Below, piece by piece: positions 1-13,595 of a stretch of DNA of 64,000 nt (its first letter is position 1; every line of letters starts with the position of its first letter). The DNA lies in NCBI GenBank assembly GCA_028534125.1, contig CM052817.1, positions 31,064,001-31,128,000 on the forward strand. The letters are read 5' to 3'. The notes below the pieces were generated by a model. It was not told where the DNA came from and did not search any database. It saw only the letters and a program-made list of their open reading frames with translations. Both the position numbers and the translations under genes were made by a program. The stretch comes from Lama glama (lineage: Eukaryota).

Positions 1-309
1 ATATATGTTATGAGTGGCCTTTTAGGTACTCTCTCGTCACTTAGGTAACCAGGTAATCAGCTCACGGGGCAGATGGTGTATGCTTTATTTTGTAAAGATT
101 TGGTTAAAATGGAGGTCCAATGACTGGCTTTACTTTCACATTTATACCTTGAACCATTGGGTCATTTGTTTACTGAGTATAGAAAAAAATGAATTTTATT
201 ATCATTACTCTTTTCTAGACTTTCCGGAGGCTAACGAGGAGTGTTTTAGTGGGATTTTCTTTGTTTTGCTAGATCACCGACACAACGTGGATCTCGCCAC
301 GTTTTGGAC

Positions 310-599
310 ATGACTGAGCTTCTCCAATGGGCCAGATATCACTGGCAGCGGCTGGTCAGTGGGACACCCAGGGACGACGATGAGAGGCCGTACAGCTATT
401 TCTCTCTGCTTGCCTGCGGGGGCAAGCCCTCTCGGACCCCCAGAGCGGCGGGAAAGCACCGGGTGGTTGTCCCCCACCTCTGGCCCTTCAAGGACGAGTA
501 TGAAAAGTTTTCTGGAACCTACGTGAATAACAGAATACGGACGACAAAGTACACCCTTCTGAATTTTGTGCCAAGAAATTTGTTTGAACAATTTCACAG
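310..599 (+). CDS. ATP10D: ATP10D first coding exon (exon 2; acceptor AG 271-272, ATG 310)
   Basis: MTELLQWARYHWQRL...NNRIRTTKYTLLNFVPRNLFEQFH(R); donor GT at 600; 290 coding nt. Confidence 0.95.
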
Positions 600-2758
600 G
601 TACTTGTATTTTTTGGAAAAAAAATAGAATGTCTTTGTCATTCTAGTTGGTATATAAGATTTTTCATTTTCGTAATATTATATTTGCCCTAAGCCTAAAG
701 CTTACGGTGTTACCTTTGACGATTCTGGCGGAATCTGTTGTGGAACAACGACCCCTTACATTCACAGCACTTTATAATGAGTAAGATGCTTTCTCTTGGT
801 GAGAGAGATACTGTTTTCCTCGCATTACAGATTGGGAAACCAAGTTAGACACTGTGGTTTAGCCAGTGGTGAGAAGACGAGCCTTGAGTCTTCTTGCTCT
901 TGCTTTTGTGTTCTTTCCATGAAACCGCTGTGTTTTGATTTTAGCCTTTTCTTCTTGATAATAGGGGAAGACAGCTCTGAAGCAAACCAGACGTAAACTG
1001 TTATTAGGTGAAACAGCAACATAATTCAGTTTACTGTGTGTTTATTGAAGCCATCCTGTAAGTTCAGGCACTGAAGGAAATGCAGGTCTAAATGGTGCTT
1101 CTTCCCTTATGGAGTTTTATATTTAGCACAGGAAACAAGATTTGAATACAAACGATGAAAAGACATAGTGGATATGTTGAGTGTTATAAGCTACCAGCTA
1201 GTAGGGAAGCCTCAAAAAGAGGAATAATACTATTAGCTAGAGCCGTAGCAGGGAAGTGGCATTTGAACTTAATTATGAAGGGTGAGATTTTCAAGGCAGA
1301 GTTGTCTGCAAAGCACGCTTCAGATGGAGGAAGGAGTATGGGTAAAAGCAGAATGGCAGTAGCCGAGATTTGCTGGAGGCCTGGGAAGTGGTCCTCTCTG
1401 CTAACACAGTTAGAGGCCTACTGAAGGCAGAGAGAACATTTAGGAAGATGCTGCATATATCCTGGTGAGTTGTAATGGAGACCTGGACTCAGAACAATGT
1501 GGGAAGGAAAAGAAGGGCCATCTATTATGAATACTATGGGTTAGATGTAGGGAATTAAGTGAAAGGAGTAAAAGATGATGTGAACAGGTGGAGCTGTGAT
1601 GACCAGGAGGATTAACAGAAAAAGTAAAGGCAGGAGTCAAAAGAAGCTTGACTGGAAGATTGTTTTGTTTCGGGAAATGTTGAGTTTGAGCTGCTAATGT
1701 AAGTATAGAGATTCTCTGCATTCATTGTTCATTCCACGTATCTTCCTCCTCACTTTTCATTCTATGTTCATCCATATACATTTATTGAACAGAGGATATG
1801 CTTAAAATACAGATGTGAATTTGTTGAATTAATGGCTTTAAATGCTGTGGGTGTTTCAGTCTTGTATGGAGTTTGTAATCTAGTGCACTTGATGGAATTA
1901 GGATGTGGAACTTGAACAGAGTTCAGGGCCCAGCACTGTAGAGTTGGATGCAGTTAACATGGAAATAATTGAAGCCACAGAAGTAGCAAAAAGGGCTAAG
2001 AAAAAGATGTCAGCGTGAAAAGAATTGGAGATAAGGAGAAGTGTGCATAGATTATTTTGAGAAGTTTGATCAATGGGAAAAATAAGTGATACAAATTCAA
2101 GGGTCATGCAGGTTTGAAATTTCCTTTATTTCTTTTAAGGAAAGAGGCTGCTTGAATTTATCTTAGGGGCCAGTGGAGAAATATTTGAATATTTAAAATA
2201 GAGGAATAGAGGAAGTTCCTTAAAAAGTGGTTCTGAATAGCAGAGTTGGTCTCAGGGGGAAATAAACTCTCAGCTTTTTCTACTTATTTTGAGCCTTGTT
2301 TGAATGTAATATTTGGACAAACAAATTAACTTCTGAAAGTGAGAGGTGGTTATTGATTTTTTTGTTTTTGGTTCTGTCTTCTGTTTCTACAGCACGTCAA
2401 TTCTGAATTCCCTTCAGTTTTTTGAACTTTTCAAAAAGAAAAGAATACTTCCTATTGTGCTTTATGTGTTATGCTTTATATTATGTGTTATACAACTCAC
2501 AACTGTCACACGCCAATATTTACTATTATATATTTAATAAATACGACCTCACATTTGTTAAAGTACCCCCAAGCCAGGTGGCTGCAGGGGTAATGAATTG
2601 TTCATTCAGATTTGTTAGATTTTGCTGGTTCTCTTGGTTTAATAGCATCCAGAATTGACCAATAGAAACTTGTGGGTGGACCGTAAGGTGTTTTGCCTCT
2701 TTTGCTCCAGGCTTTGATGTGATTTGTTAACCCCTTGTTGTGTGTGTTTGGGTTGCAG

Positions 2759-2953
2759 AGCCGCCAATTTGTATTTCCTGTTTCTAGTTGTCCTGAACTG
2801 GGTGCCTTTGGTAGAAGCCTTCCAAAAGGAAATTACGATGCTGCCTCTGGTGGTTGTCCTTACAATTATTGCAATTAAAGATGGCTTGGAAGATTACCGA
2901 AAATACAAAATTGACAAACAGATCAACAATTTAGTGACTAAAGTTTACAGTAG
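2759..2953 (+). CDS. ATP10D: ATP10D exon 3 (TM1-TM2)
   Basis: ttgcag|A GCC GCC AAT; AANLYFLFLVVLNWVPLVEAFQKEITMLPLVVVLTIIAIKDGLEDYRKYKIDKQINN; donor GTAAGT; 195 nt, phase matches its neighbours. Confidence 0.95.
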
Positions 2954-4333
2954 GTAAGTGTAACAGGAGCTGTGCTGGGGAATAACATGTATCATTTAGA
3001 AATATGCAGAATGCTACTTTTTTTCCCCCTTAGGTGTGACTAGAACCCTTTTGGGGGTGGGGTGGTATTTTCAACTAATATTAATTAAAGTCCTACAGTG
3101 AATTCAATCCAGGCATTATAGGAAAACAATAATGGATATGCCATTGTCAACCCAGGAGCTGATAAAACCAAAGCTATAATTTAACCATAAATGGGATTGA
3201 AAGAATTAAACTTCAAACTCTAAGAAGGAAAACAAGCAGATAGTTTTAATCCTGGATGCTACAATTTGGGATTAAGAAGAAGATGGGGTATGGAAAATAT
3301 GAATGGATATGAGAACAAGATGGGATATGAGAAAGAGAAGGCAAGTTTCCTGTTGAGGAAAAGAACTGTGAAAAATGGAGAAGAGTATTCTTTTTTTGTG
3401 TGCACAGAAAGCTGGAGGCCTGTAAAACCCTTCCTGTTGCAAGAGCAACCGAGGGCATTCATAATAGGAGGTCTTTCCAGGAGCATATCTGCTCTGCTGG
3501 AGACTTGTATCTCCAGTATTTATGGCATAGCAAGCCTGTGTAGCCAAGAAGAAAGCCCATTCAGGTGAATTTTCAACCATGCTGTGTGTATTCGCCCACA
3601 TTTACAGATGTTACAATGCTAGTGTCCAGAGGCAGGTATTTCCAACACTGTGATGTATTCCTTCAAGTCATGTGCACATTGTTTGTGAGAAGCAGGGGAT
3701 GGTTTGAAAAACTGAGATTGTACGACATACATTGTTTTTTTCTAATTCCTTTAGCCTAATATTACACCATAAACACGTCCCATGTCTTTATCCTTTAAGA
3801 AAGTATTTTTAATAGCTGCAATGCCTTTAATATGACTCTAAGGTAATTTAAACATTTCCCATATATATATAATTTTGAGAATGTATGCTTCAATGAGGAT
3901 TCTTATACAAAAGTGGTAAAGATCTATTATTTCTGCATTATAATTAGAAATGGAATTACTTGATCAAAGAGGAGGAATCTATTTCAGTCCTTATTTGCGT
4001 GGCTTTTATGAAAATGAATTACAAAGTTTATAATGTTAATTCTCTGGAGTTCCCTTTCATGAAAAGTGTATCCGCTTCTTTAAAAAGTCATTATTGGAAT
4101 AGATCTGTGGAATTCTTAATCTAATATGTTAACTGCTTTACAAAGAGTTTTTGGTGTCATTTGAGAGTTTGGAAGTTTTATGGAGTACTCTGGGGTTAGT
4201 GAGTATGTTCACTTGGCCTGAGGGGAGTAACCAAGTAAAGGGACAGTAATGAGAAATATAAAGTTAGAGAGGGAGTTGGAGGCCTCCTGTGGAGGGACTT
4301 CATCACCAGGCTGCTGCTTAGACATTGAATGAA

Positions 4334-4759
4334 AGAGTTCTGCAGAGAAACAGAATGAATAGGAATAAGATTTATTATAAGGAATTGGCTCATGGGATTA
4401 CGGAGCCCAAGAAGTCCCACTGGCTTCCATCTGCAAGCCGGAGTCCCTGAAAGGCCAGAGAGCCAATGGTATAGATCCTGGTCCAGGTCTGAAGACCTGA
4501 GAACCGGGAGTGTCGAGGGCAGAAGATCAGTGTCCCAACTCAGTCAGGTAGAGTGAATTCTTTCACCTTTCTGTTCTATCCACGCTCTCAGCAGATTGGA
4601 TGATACCCACTGGGGAGGGCCACCTGCTTTACTCAGTTCGGCAATTCAAATGCTAATCTCTCCCAGAAACATTCACAGACTTACCCAGATAGAATGTTGA
4701 ACCAGATATCTGGGCATCCCGTGGCCCAGTGAAAATGGCTTATAAAATTAACTGTCGCA
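4334..4759 (-). mobile_element. MLT2-type (ERVL) solo LTR
   Basis: Ends ...GGCCCAGTGAAAATGGCTTATAAAATTAACTGTCGCA, the reverse complement of the MLT2 5' end; typical GATTTATTATAAGGAATTGGCTCA and AATGCTAATCTC segments. Confidence 0.75.
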
Positions 4760-7700
4760 GGTGTTTTCCTTTAGTGTTCCAGAATCCATCTTTTGGGGAA
4801 ATAAGTAACATGATAAAAGTTGTGCTTTAGGAATATCAGTCCACTCGGGTCGTGAGTCTGGCTTCCATATAGATTTGCCTCTGCTACTCAGTCCAGGGCA
4901 CTAGTGGGAGTAGATGTTAAGTACAGGAAGAGATTCATAGAAGAGCCACTGTGAAGAAGAACCCAATGGAATTTAGTGAACTTTGGTGATTTTTTTTTTT
5001 TAGCTTCAGAGGATAAAAGTACCACTGATAGAAATAGGAAGCATTAAATTCATCTCAGGTAGAAAGAACTGGAAATGATAACAAGACAGGCATTATAGTG
5101 GAAATGCCCAGTGGACCAATAGGAACGTCTTATAGAATCTCTGGAAGGAAGGAAAGGCTACAGAGAGAAATCTGAAAGTCATCAGTCCATTTAGAGGTGA
5201 TTTTGAAGTTGGGAGTTTGACTTAGTCCTCGAGGGAGAACATGTGAAGAGCTGAAAGATGAGCTTTGAGTGCAAAGATAGCACCCATTTCAGCCTTTGGG
5301 AAGACTTCACAGGTCCCCTTGGAGAGATGCTGTCGCCCTTCTGAGATCTCTGAGCATTTGGCATATTTCTTGGGTTCACCTCAGTGCTCTGAAACACACT
5401 CAAATTTATAAGGTATTAATTCTAAATTTTTCAGACTAGAGATTCTGTTCTATTCTACTTTCCAAGTCACAGTAAAAAGATATCTAGGTTTAAAAGTCTA
5501 GTTTTATAATACGCTAGTGTATTCTGAATAAATGTTAGGGTCATTGGACTGACCAAGAGTTCAACCAGATGACATAAGTTTTTGTTGTTGTTTTGAGAGA
5601 AAAATAACTCAGTCTTGTCCAGATAGTAGAATTGTCTTCAATTTTATATGAACCAGTGATTAGGGAAGGCTTCTCTGAAGAAGTGGTGTTCAAGCTGAAA
5701 ACTGTCGGATTCTGAATGTTGTTCATTATTAGAATTCTTCAGTGGCTTTCCCCCCAATTTTTTAAAGACCTGTAAAGAAAACAGAGTAACAATTTTTCTC
5801 TTTTATGACATGATTTGAGCTGTACTTAAATAAGGAAAAATTAGTTCTTTTTTCTTTTACTCATGTCTACTCTAAAGGGAATCAGAAAAATTGATGTATA
5901 GAAAAATGAAAAAATAGTAAAAGCCCATGACTTTTATTTTAAAGTCATGGAGCACTTTACTAAAACAGGGCTGTGAATTATTCGATGACATTTAAATGCT
6001 TATTATATGCCTGGGAAAGAAAGGTGAATGTTGTAACAGTCTCTGCCCTCAGAACATAGCTGTAGGGAATACTATTTCACAGTGATTATATGATGAACAA
6101 AACCCATATTTTGACCAATTTTAAGATAGCTACTGCCAGATTTAGCGAATGGAAAGAATACTTCCTATACATATTTTGAAGTACAGATTCTTGTACATAA
6201 ATAATTGCTGATTTTCAGTGCCACTTTAGAGTTGATACTGTGTGTGTGTTTGCTTTTCTAGGTTCTTCTAGAAAGTTCTAATCCTTGTTTTCTCTGCAGT
6301 TGTGTAGCCTTGGGCAGATCACGTAAACTAGCTAAATTCCAGTTCCCTTCATTCTGAATAAAACAGTATAGGACAGTATGCATAGTACCTAGCCCTTTCT
6401 AAGTGCCAAGTAAAGGGTAGCTATTGTGACTGTTGTAGGTGAATAGTGACTATAAGCTAGAGTTTTGGCACGTTATCAAGTCATTTAATCAATATTTGAG
6501 AATTCCTTAAAACATTGTATGATTTTATAAATATTAAAATTGCCTAATGGAAGAACTGGTATAATTTTTTTTCCCTCAGGTATCCTTTTATACATAGTTT
6601 GGATCTATTTTAGACAATTTGCATATAAATTTATATGAGATGCAGTATTATTCTCAACTGTTTTAAGGTCTAGTCCAAGATACCACTTTATGATTGCATT
6701 TCTTAATAGAATCGGATATCTCTTTATGTCTTTTTATTATATTCTATTTAGTTGGCTTTTGTTTGGTGTTGTAGAAGAAATAATGCCTATATTCTACCCC
6801 CCCCCCATTTGTTCTTGGAACAAATTTTAGAATTACAAAGAAGTAAAGGTGGGCTATAAGACCATGCATTGCTGGTGTAAATGAGTTAACTTAAATTCCT
6901 ATGAAATACAAAGAAATTACTTTAGAGGACAAATTATTTCTCAGAAAAATTAAGTTGAAAGTATGGGGCCATTAAATTTTGCAAGCTTTTGGAAGAAGCA
7001 TATTAACATTTCTGTGCAGATAATTTGGTTCTTATTTGTAATAGATAGTCTTTCACAAGGTGCTTAATTTTCTTTGGGAAACTCTCATTGGGAAATAGCA
7101 AATGTTACTATAGAAATTAAACATTTAAACCCTGTTATACCCCAATTAAGTTAGAATGAACTACTATAGAAAACCTGATTTTCTTAAGATTGCCTTTAAA
7201 ATGGCAGCCTTTTGTAAGGTTTTAAGGTTAGCTTCAAAGATAATAGACGTGTGTTGAAAATAGAACTATTAATCATCCAACAAATCTAAGCGCCTACTAT
7301 GTTATAGGCACTGAGCGATTTAGAGATTTAAACAAAAAAAATAGATAAAATGCCTACCCTCCAGGAACTTGCATTGTTTTCTGATCTTTAAACATCACCA
7401 TACAGTTGATTTTAGGAGTTTAAAAATACTACCTGATATTAATATTTTAGGACCTTCCCATAAATCCATAGAATTTCATGGTTCTTGAAATGAGACTAAA
7501 TACCAGTGTCCTTCTAAGATATTAACCTAATTTATGTGTGACATTTTCCAAATCAGTGGTTCTTAAAATTCACTTTCTAATACACTATTGAACCATGTTT
7601 TGTTTGGTGGTCATTAGTAAGTTACTTTAGCTGGGAGTAAAGACTAGTATTTGAGAGGTGGGCTCTGGAGCTACCTGCCTTGTTTCAAGTCCCAGGACTG

Positions 7701-8976
7701 CTAGAAAGTGTGTGATCTTGAGCCAGTGACTTAACCCATCAAAGCCAGTGTTTTCTCATTTATAAAAGGTGGAGGAGTGGAGCATAGTGCATTCATAGGA
7801 CCAACTATATAACACTGAGAAAAATTAAATGACTTAAATATAAAGCATCCAATAAATCTTAGCTGCTCTTATGTCCAATGATTATCCATTATTTGCTTAT
7901 TATAAATTATTTCTGGTATTTCATTGGAAAAATACTAAAGACCATCAAAAAGAAAAATTCATAATTTCACCCTTTCTTGCTTTAGATTTGTTAAAGTAAG
8001 AAGTAGAAGTCCACATTTTCCACCTTTTATCCAGTGGAGTCACTGTCAATAACATGTATTCAACATGTATTCTTCCTAACTTTTCCCAATGCTTATGGAG
8101 CAGAACTGTGTGACATGGAACTTTTCAAGAAGCAGAAAGGATCTTGAAGTTTGCCTGAAGAGGGACTGTGAGAGCTGTATCCTGGCCCATGAGAGTCATA
8201 CAGAAGCCCAAGTATCCAAGCAGATGCAAAAAAATTCTAGTTGTACATTTAGGCTGTGTGAGAAGAAGAAAGTCCTTTTACTAGTTCTAATGTAATTCTC
8301 TACCAGGAAGGAAATATGGCCTCATTTTGAGTCTACCACGATGACAAATTTTCAAAGCTAGTTAAAACTGGCAGTGAGCGTTTTCACTTAGCTTGTTGCT
8401 TTCACCCCGTGCCTGTGTCCTTATGCCTCTGCTCTCAGCATGAGTCCTCTCACCGAGATACTGTCCCACCTTCACCTTACTCACTCTTGATCATCCTTCA
8501 AGACTCACCTCTTCCAGAGCTAAATGCCCCAGGTGTTTGCTCCCTTAGTAGGTGGTGCATACCTCTCTCTTATGAAATAGCGACTTGTGTCCCTCTTTGA
8601 GATTTTGACCATAACTTCTGTAGGGTGGTGACCATATCTTAATCACTTTTGTATTCTTAGCACCTAACATGGTAACTGGCATAAATTAATATCAGTATAT
8701 GTTTCCTGCCCTGAACTAGCTAGCTGTTGAGGAAATTAGCTATTTTTTTTAATCCTGGTTATGCACCCCAAGTGGGGAAAAGTGAAGTTAATTCAATGGT
8801 ACAGTTGGCTTCGTTTGAATTTTGTTCCAATGTAGATTATGGATATTTGTCCCTTAGATGAATTCTACTTCCTGTATTTCAAAGATAAAATCCTTAATCC
8901 TAATATTCAGGTCTGTCTTGTCTCCCTACTTTCACAAATTCTCAGCACAGCTTTCTTCATAGAAAAAGTAGAGGTC

Positions 8977-9153
8977 GTGGTAGCTCACAGTGAAAAAAAA
9001 ATGTGACAACAAATATATGTATGTTCATGTATAACTGAAAAATTGTGCTCTACACTGGAATTTGACACAACATTGTAAAATGACTAGAACTCAATAAAAA
9101 ATGTTAAAATAAATAAATAAAAATATATAGCTACCCATCTCAAAAAAGAAAAA
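8977..9153 (+). mobile_element. Short L1 3'-end insertion with 16-bp TSD
   Basis: L1 3' UTR tail plus A-rich end; perfect direct repeat AGAAAAAGTAGAGGTC at 8961-8976 and 9154-9169. Confidence 0.85.
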
Positions 9154-9199
9154 AGAAAAAGTAGAGGTCATTAAGTATGAAGAGTGTATCTTGGTTCCT

Positions 9200-10390
9200 T
9201 CTTACACATCTTCACCTCCTTTCTTTAGATGTTACATGAAGCAGTAACTTCCTTCCTTGTAGTAGTGATCCCTTCACCTGTATTCTTAATTCTGTTCCTC
9301 GTTGCTTCTCTGTAGCCTCAACCATCACCCCCTACTCTGTCCTCTCTCTTCTACTTTGCCTTCTGCATGGCTTCTTCCCGGCATGTTATGTGCATGCTCA
9401 GCTCTTTCATCTTTCTATCCTTCAACTTTCCACTGTAGTGGCTACTTTCACCCTTTATTCCTTTCATAGCTAAACTTCATGAAATATTTGACTTCTTTAA
9501 CTTCCAGTCATTCCCTGATTGACTGGAGGTCTCACTCCCTTCTTCACTCTCCCCATCAACAGTTTCACACTATCAGCTTGATAGCAGACATCCTAATAAC
9601 CACATCCCACAGGCATGACCTCTTTGTGGCCTTTTTTTTTTTTTTACAAAGATAACACCCTTTTTGAAATTTCCTTTTTTATTTTTGTGACAACACTTCC
9701 TGTTGGGTCTTCTTTTACTTCTCTGTCACCTTGAAGTCTCTTTCCTTATCTGATGTCATATCTCATATTTTTACCTAGTGTCAGCTCCCCTCTACATACC
9801 CAGGACTTCTAAATTTATATTTCTGCTCATGAACTTCAAGTCAGAATACTCAAATTGCTGGACCACTTCAATTTTATATCCTACTTCAAATAAAAACTTT
9901 CCAAACTAAATTTATTATCTTCCCTATGATGTAACCTGTTACTTCTGAAATCTGGGACATGGTGAAAGGCATCATTCATCATACAAGCTAGAAGCCATAG
10001 TGCTATCCTTGATAACTCCTTTGCATGTAATAAGACATAAAACTTGATTATCTCTAGTACCCAAACATATCTTGATTTAACCTCCTTCCATCCATCCGTT
10101 TTGCTACTGCTTTAATTCTGACCATCTTCATCCCTCCCTTGAATTATTTCAGTAACTTTCCACTAGTTTCTTGGCCATTCCTATCCCTAACTAGCCTGCC
10201 ACCCAGCAGTCCATCCATTACTCTGTAGCGAGAGTTAGCAAGTACAAATAGAATCATATCCTTCTGTGAACCTTTAGTGATTTTTCCATTGTCTATGGAA
10301 TGAAATCCCTGCTCCTAGGTATGACAGCAGGACTGAACCTTCAAAATACTGCCTCTGCCCACCTTTTTGATCTTCCCTCTGTTACTTCCC
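9200..10390 (+). mobile_element. Degenerate L2 fragment(s)
   Basis: Pyrimidine-rich sequence with L2-like motifs; boundaries approximate. Confidence 0.45.
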
Positions 10391-11494
10391 TCCACGGAAG
10401 AGTGAACAAGTGTGTACAAACACTGGGGGAAAAAAAGACTTTCTCCATAAACTAACAAACTCACGTGTAATTAAGGATTTCCTTTAGTTGGATTCAACCA
10501 GATGCATTAGATATTTTGGGAGAATGTGTCCTGAAAATGTTCTTCTTAGGTAGCCCTTTAAGCTAAATATTTCTTGAAATAACTAACATTATTCTGTATA
10601 GGAGAAGTTATACAAATATGAGCTTAGAGTGTCATTTCTATTTAATATGATACATTTATTTTTAATATATAGGCCATATAGCTTGGACTATAACTATCTC
10701 CCAGGGTTCTTTTGACAATGAATTTGAATATTTAGCTTCAGAAATGTAATAGAAAATAAATCCTTACTTTTAAAATACATTTTAATGACAAATAACTAAT
10801 ATTTGATGATAAAAATTTCCTAGTTTTATACTAAGAAAAATGCTTTGTGGAGCCTAGTTCATGCCATTGGTGTGAAAGGGCATGAGACATTTGGCAGAAA
10901 CTTTAACGTGCAGCAAGGTGTTTAAGGCAAATCAACCTCAACTGGTGTCTTTCCTTTAGAAAGAGTTGAATATATAGATGGAAAACTGCACCTTTGAAAA
11001 GGGTTGAAGTTTGCCATTCTCCTTCCTGGGGATCAGCTGCAGCCAACTCAGGACTGTTTTAACCAGTATTTCTGTTAAATGATAATTAGAGGTGTTAATG
11101 TGGTGGTACAATTTTTAAAATGTTGTGTCTGGGTATTTTTTTTTCATTTTCTTTAATTTATCCATCCCATCTGCCACATGGGAAGCTCTCTGAGAGCAGC
11201 TAATACATCTTGTATGCTTTTGGATCCTTGACACCTGACCACAGGACAGCATACAGGAATTGCTTCATACATGAACAAGCCTATCCAATGTTCATTTTCA
11301 TTTTATTCCAGAATTACTCAAATAGCATAATGGTTCAAAATCTCACAGGAAAAAAGAACTGAAAAATATGTTTTGGCAGCCTAGTCACTCAATTTTCAGA
11401 TGAAGCAAGTTGTGGCATCTAAGTTTTACCAATTCTCTGTCTTTCCCTTTTAGCATTTGATGGATTAAAATTCACCCTCATACTTTAAATTATA

Positions 11495-11673
11495 TACTAA
11501 AAGGTAAAAAAACACTATAACACAGGAACTATATTCAGTACCTTGTAATGGCCTATAATGAAAAATAATGTGAAAAGGAATATATATATGTATGAATGAA
11601 TCACTGTGCTATATACCAGAAATTAACACAATGTTGTAAATTGACTATATTTCAACTTAAAATTCTTAAAAAA
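11495..11673 (+). mobile_element. Short L1 3'-end fragment
   Basis: CACAGGAACTATATTCAGTACCTTGTAATGGCCTATAATG...CCAGAAATTAACACA, homologous to the copy at 48641-48814. Confidence 0.75.
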
Positions 11674-11725
11674 TATATGTATTTTGGGCTTGATATTCTT
11701 TTCAAACTTTTATTTTCAACTTCAG

Positions 11726-11930
11726 GAAAGAGAAAAAATATGTCGACAGATGCTGGAAAGATGTTACCGTTGGGGACTTTATTCGCCTTTCCTGTAACGA
11801 GGTCATTCCTGCAGATATAGTGTTACTCTTTTCCACTGATCCAGATGGGATCTGTCACATTGAGACTTCCGGTCTTGATGGAGAGAGCAATTTAAAACAG
11901 AGGCAGGTGGTTCGGGGATATGCAGAGCAG
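11726..11930 (+). CDS. ATP10D: ATP10D exon 4 (actuator domain, DGES motif)
   Basis: ttcag|[75 protein letters not shown]|gtaaat; 205 nt. Confidence 0.95.
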
Positions 11931-12404
11931 GTAAATAATGTGTTTTCAACTCTGGTGACATTAACATTTTCTTTTCAGAAGATGACTGAGCTCATTTTCA
12001 CCTGCACAGAAAAAGGGATTTTTAAATTCATTTTTACCTTTACAAAATGGAGTCCCAGAAGGCTTAATCCAGTTCCAGCTTAATCCAATTCCAAATACCA
12101 GTCGAGATGTGCTATATTTTATAGGTAACAGGATATAATGGCTTCAAGGTTCAAACATGTCAATCTGGCAACCATATTTTTGGAACTGAATTTAAGAAAC
12201 CTAGCAAATTTTGCAATTTGGAAAATTTTAATTTTGCAGTAGAAATGATCAACTTCTAATTTATTTTTCTTAAGCTTGGATTTTTATATGTTACATTGTA
12301 TTATCAATTGGTCATTGTTCGTAAAATCTACAATGACTTACATACCAAAGCCTTTTAAGACTTGTGTAACTTCTCATTCCACAGAGCTTCTGACCCTTCC
12401 CCAT

Positions 12405-12620
12405 AATGTGGTAAGGGAAACAAGAACTTTGAAGTTATATTAACACAAGTTTGAATGAATCCCAGCTCTGCCATTTAATTACTGTGTGACTTTGGGCAGG
12501 TCTCTTAAACATTTTATTCCTGTTTCTTTATCTTAAAATGGAAATGATGATATCTCTCCGATAGCATTGTTGTGAAGACTCAGGTGCAGTAGTATACATA
12601 AAAACGTCATGCATAGCACC
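12405..12620 (+). mobile_element. MIR SINE relic (others near 7650-7860, 13060-13240, 31960-32190, 54340-54530)
   Basis: MIR core: AATCCCAGCTCTGCCATT...TGTGTGACTTTGGGCAGG...AAAATGG...GTTGTGAAGA. Confidence 0.7.
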
Positions 12621-13430
12621 TAAAACCAGGTTTTCCTTCCCTTTCTCTGGAAGCACCTGTGATGAGATATTTTAAAATGTAAAATATCTTTTTTTTTACT
12701 TGAACTGATATTAAGTCAGATTTCTTGTATCTTACACACTAAAAATATTTTAGCCAACTAACATCCTTATCTTCGGTAAATTCCATCTTGTCACAGTAAG
12801 TCCATCTTTCTCCCTAGAGATTCTTCTAGATCCTCTGTGATTATTACGCTTCTCAGCTTACTGTCACTGCCACATTTGTAAGCATTCTTGTACCTAAAAC
12901 ATTGGTAAAAATCTTATACAGCTTGGAGTTCTGCTACATACCACTGAAGACCTGCTTTGAGGGTGATATCAGTTGACTAATCAGCAAACTTTGAGTATAG
13001 TCAAGGCTGAGCTCTCCAGAATCTGATGACCTCCATTGTCATCTTGGTTCTTAGCACCTTCTTGTTTTGAGACCTTCAGCAAATTACTGATCCTCTACGT
13101 GTGGCTCTTTCTTCATCTGTTAATTGGGCCTGATTATAGTACCTACCTCATAAGGTTGTGAAGAAGAAAATAATTAAAGATATTTTAAGGGCATCATATA
13201 GATTCTAGTTCATCAGAAGAACTCAGTAAATATTGATTATTAGCAAATCAAATCATAGGATCATACAACTCACATTTTCCAAATGTTTGCTGATATACAT
13301 ACAAATATTTTGAGATATATCAATAGCGTTTATCTTATTAGCCAAAATACCATATAAAAAAGGAAATGAGATAAGGTTGATGGGGCTTGTTCTTAGTGAA
13401 TCTGTGCCTAATAGAATCCATGCCTATTTT

Positions 13431-13595
13431 CTTTCTTTTTTTATTTTAGTTAAGTTAGGGTTTTTTTGGAGCGGTGGGTAATTATTTACTTAGTTGTTTT
13501 TTTTGTTTTGTTTTTTGCTGGTGATACTGGGGATTGAAATCAGGACCTTGTGCCTGCCAGGCATGCACTGTGCCACCAAGCTTTACCCTCCCCTC
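13431..13595 (-). mobile_element. tRNA-derived SINE of the camelid Vic-1 type with 14-bp TSD
   Basis: Minus strand reads GGGGAGGGTAAAGCTTGGTGGCACAGTGCATGCC...GGTCCTGATTTCAATCCCCAGTA (degenerate A and B boxes) then an A-rich tail; TSD TCCATGCCTATTTT at 13417-13430 and 13596-13609. Confidence 0.8.

Noticed and set aside
274..597. 107-aa antisense ORF over ATP10D exon 2 (also 39830-40045 over CORIN exon 21)
   Set aside because: Shadow ORFs opposite real coding exons.
3246..3601. Cluster of overlapping 70-109 aa ORFs
   Set aside because: Purine-rich low-complexity intronic sequence with no recognisable protein or splice context.
11876..11896. DGES instead of the canonical DGET actuator motif
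   Set aside because: As far as I recall this is the normal ATP10D sequence, not a lesion.
13515..13595. tRNA gene
   Set aside because: Degenerate A and B boxes, an A-rich tail and a TSD identify it as a SINE.
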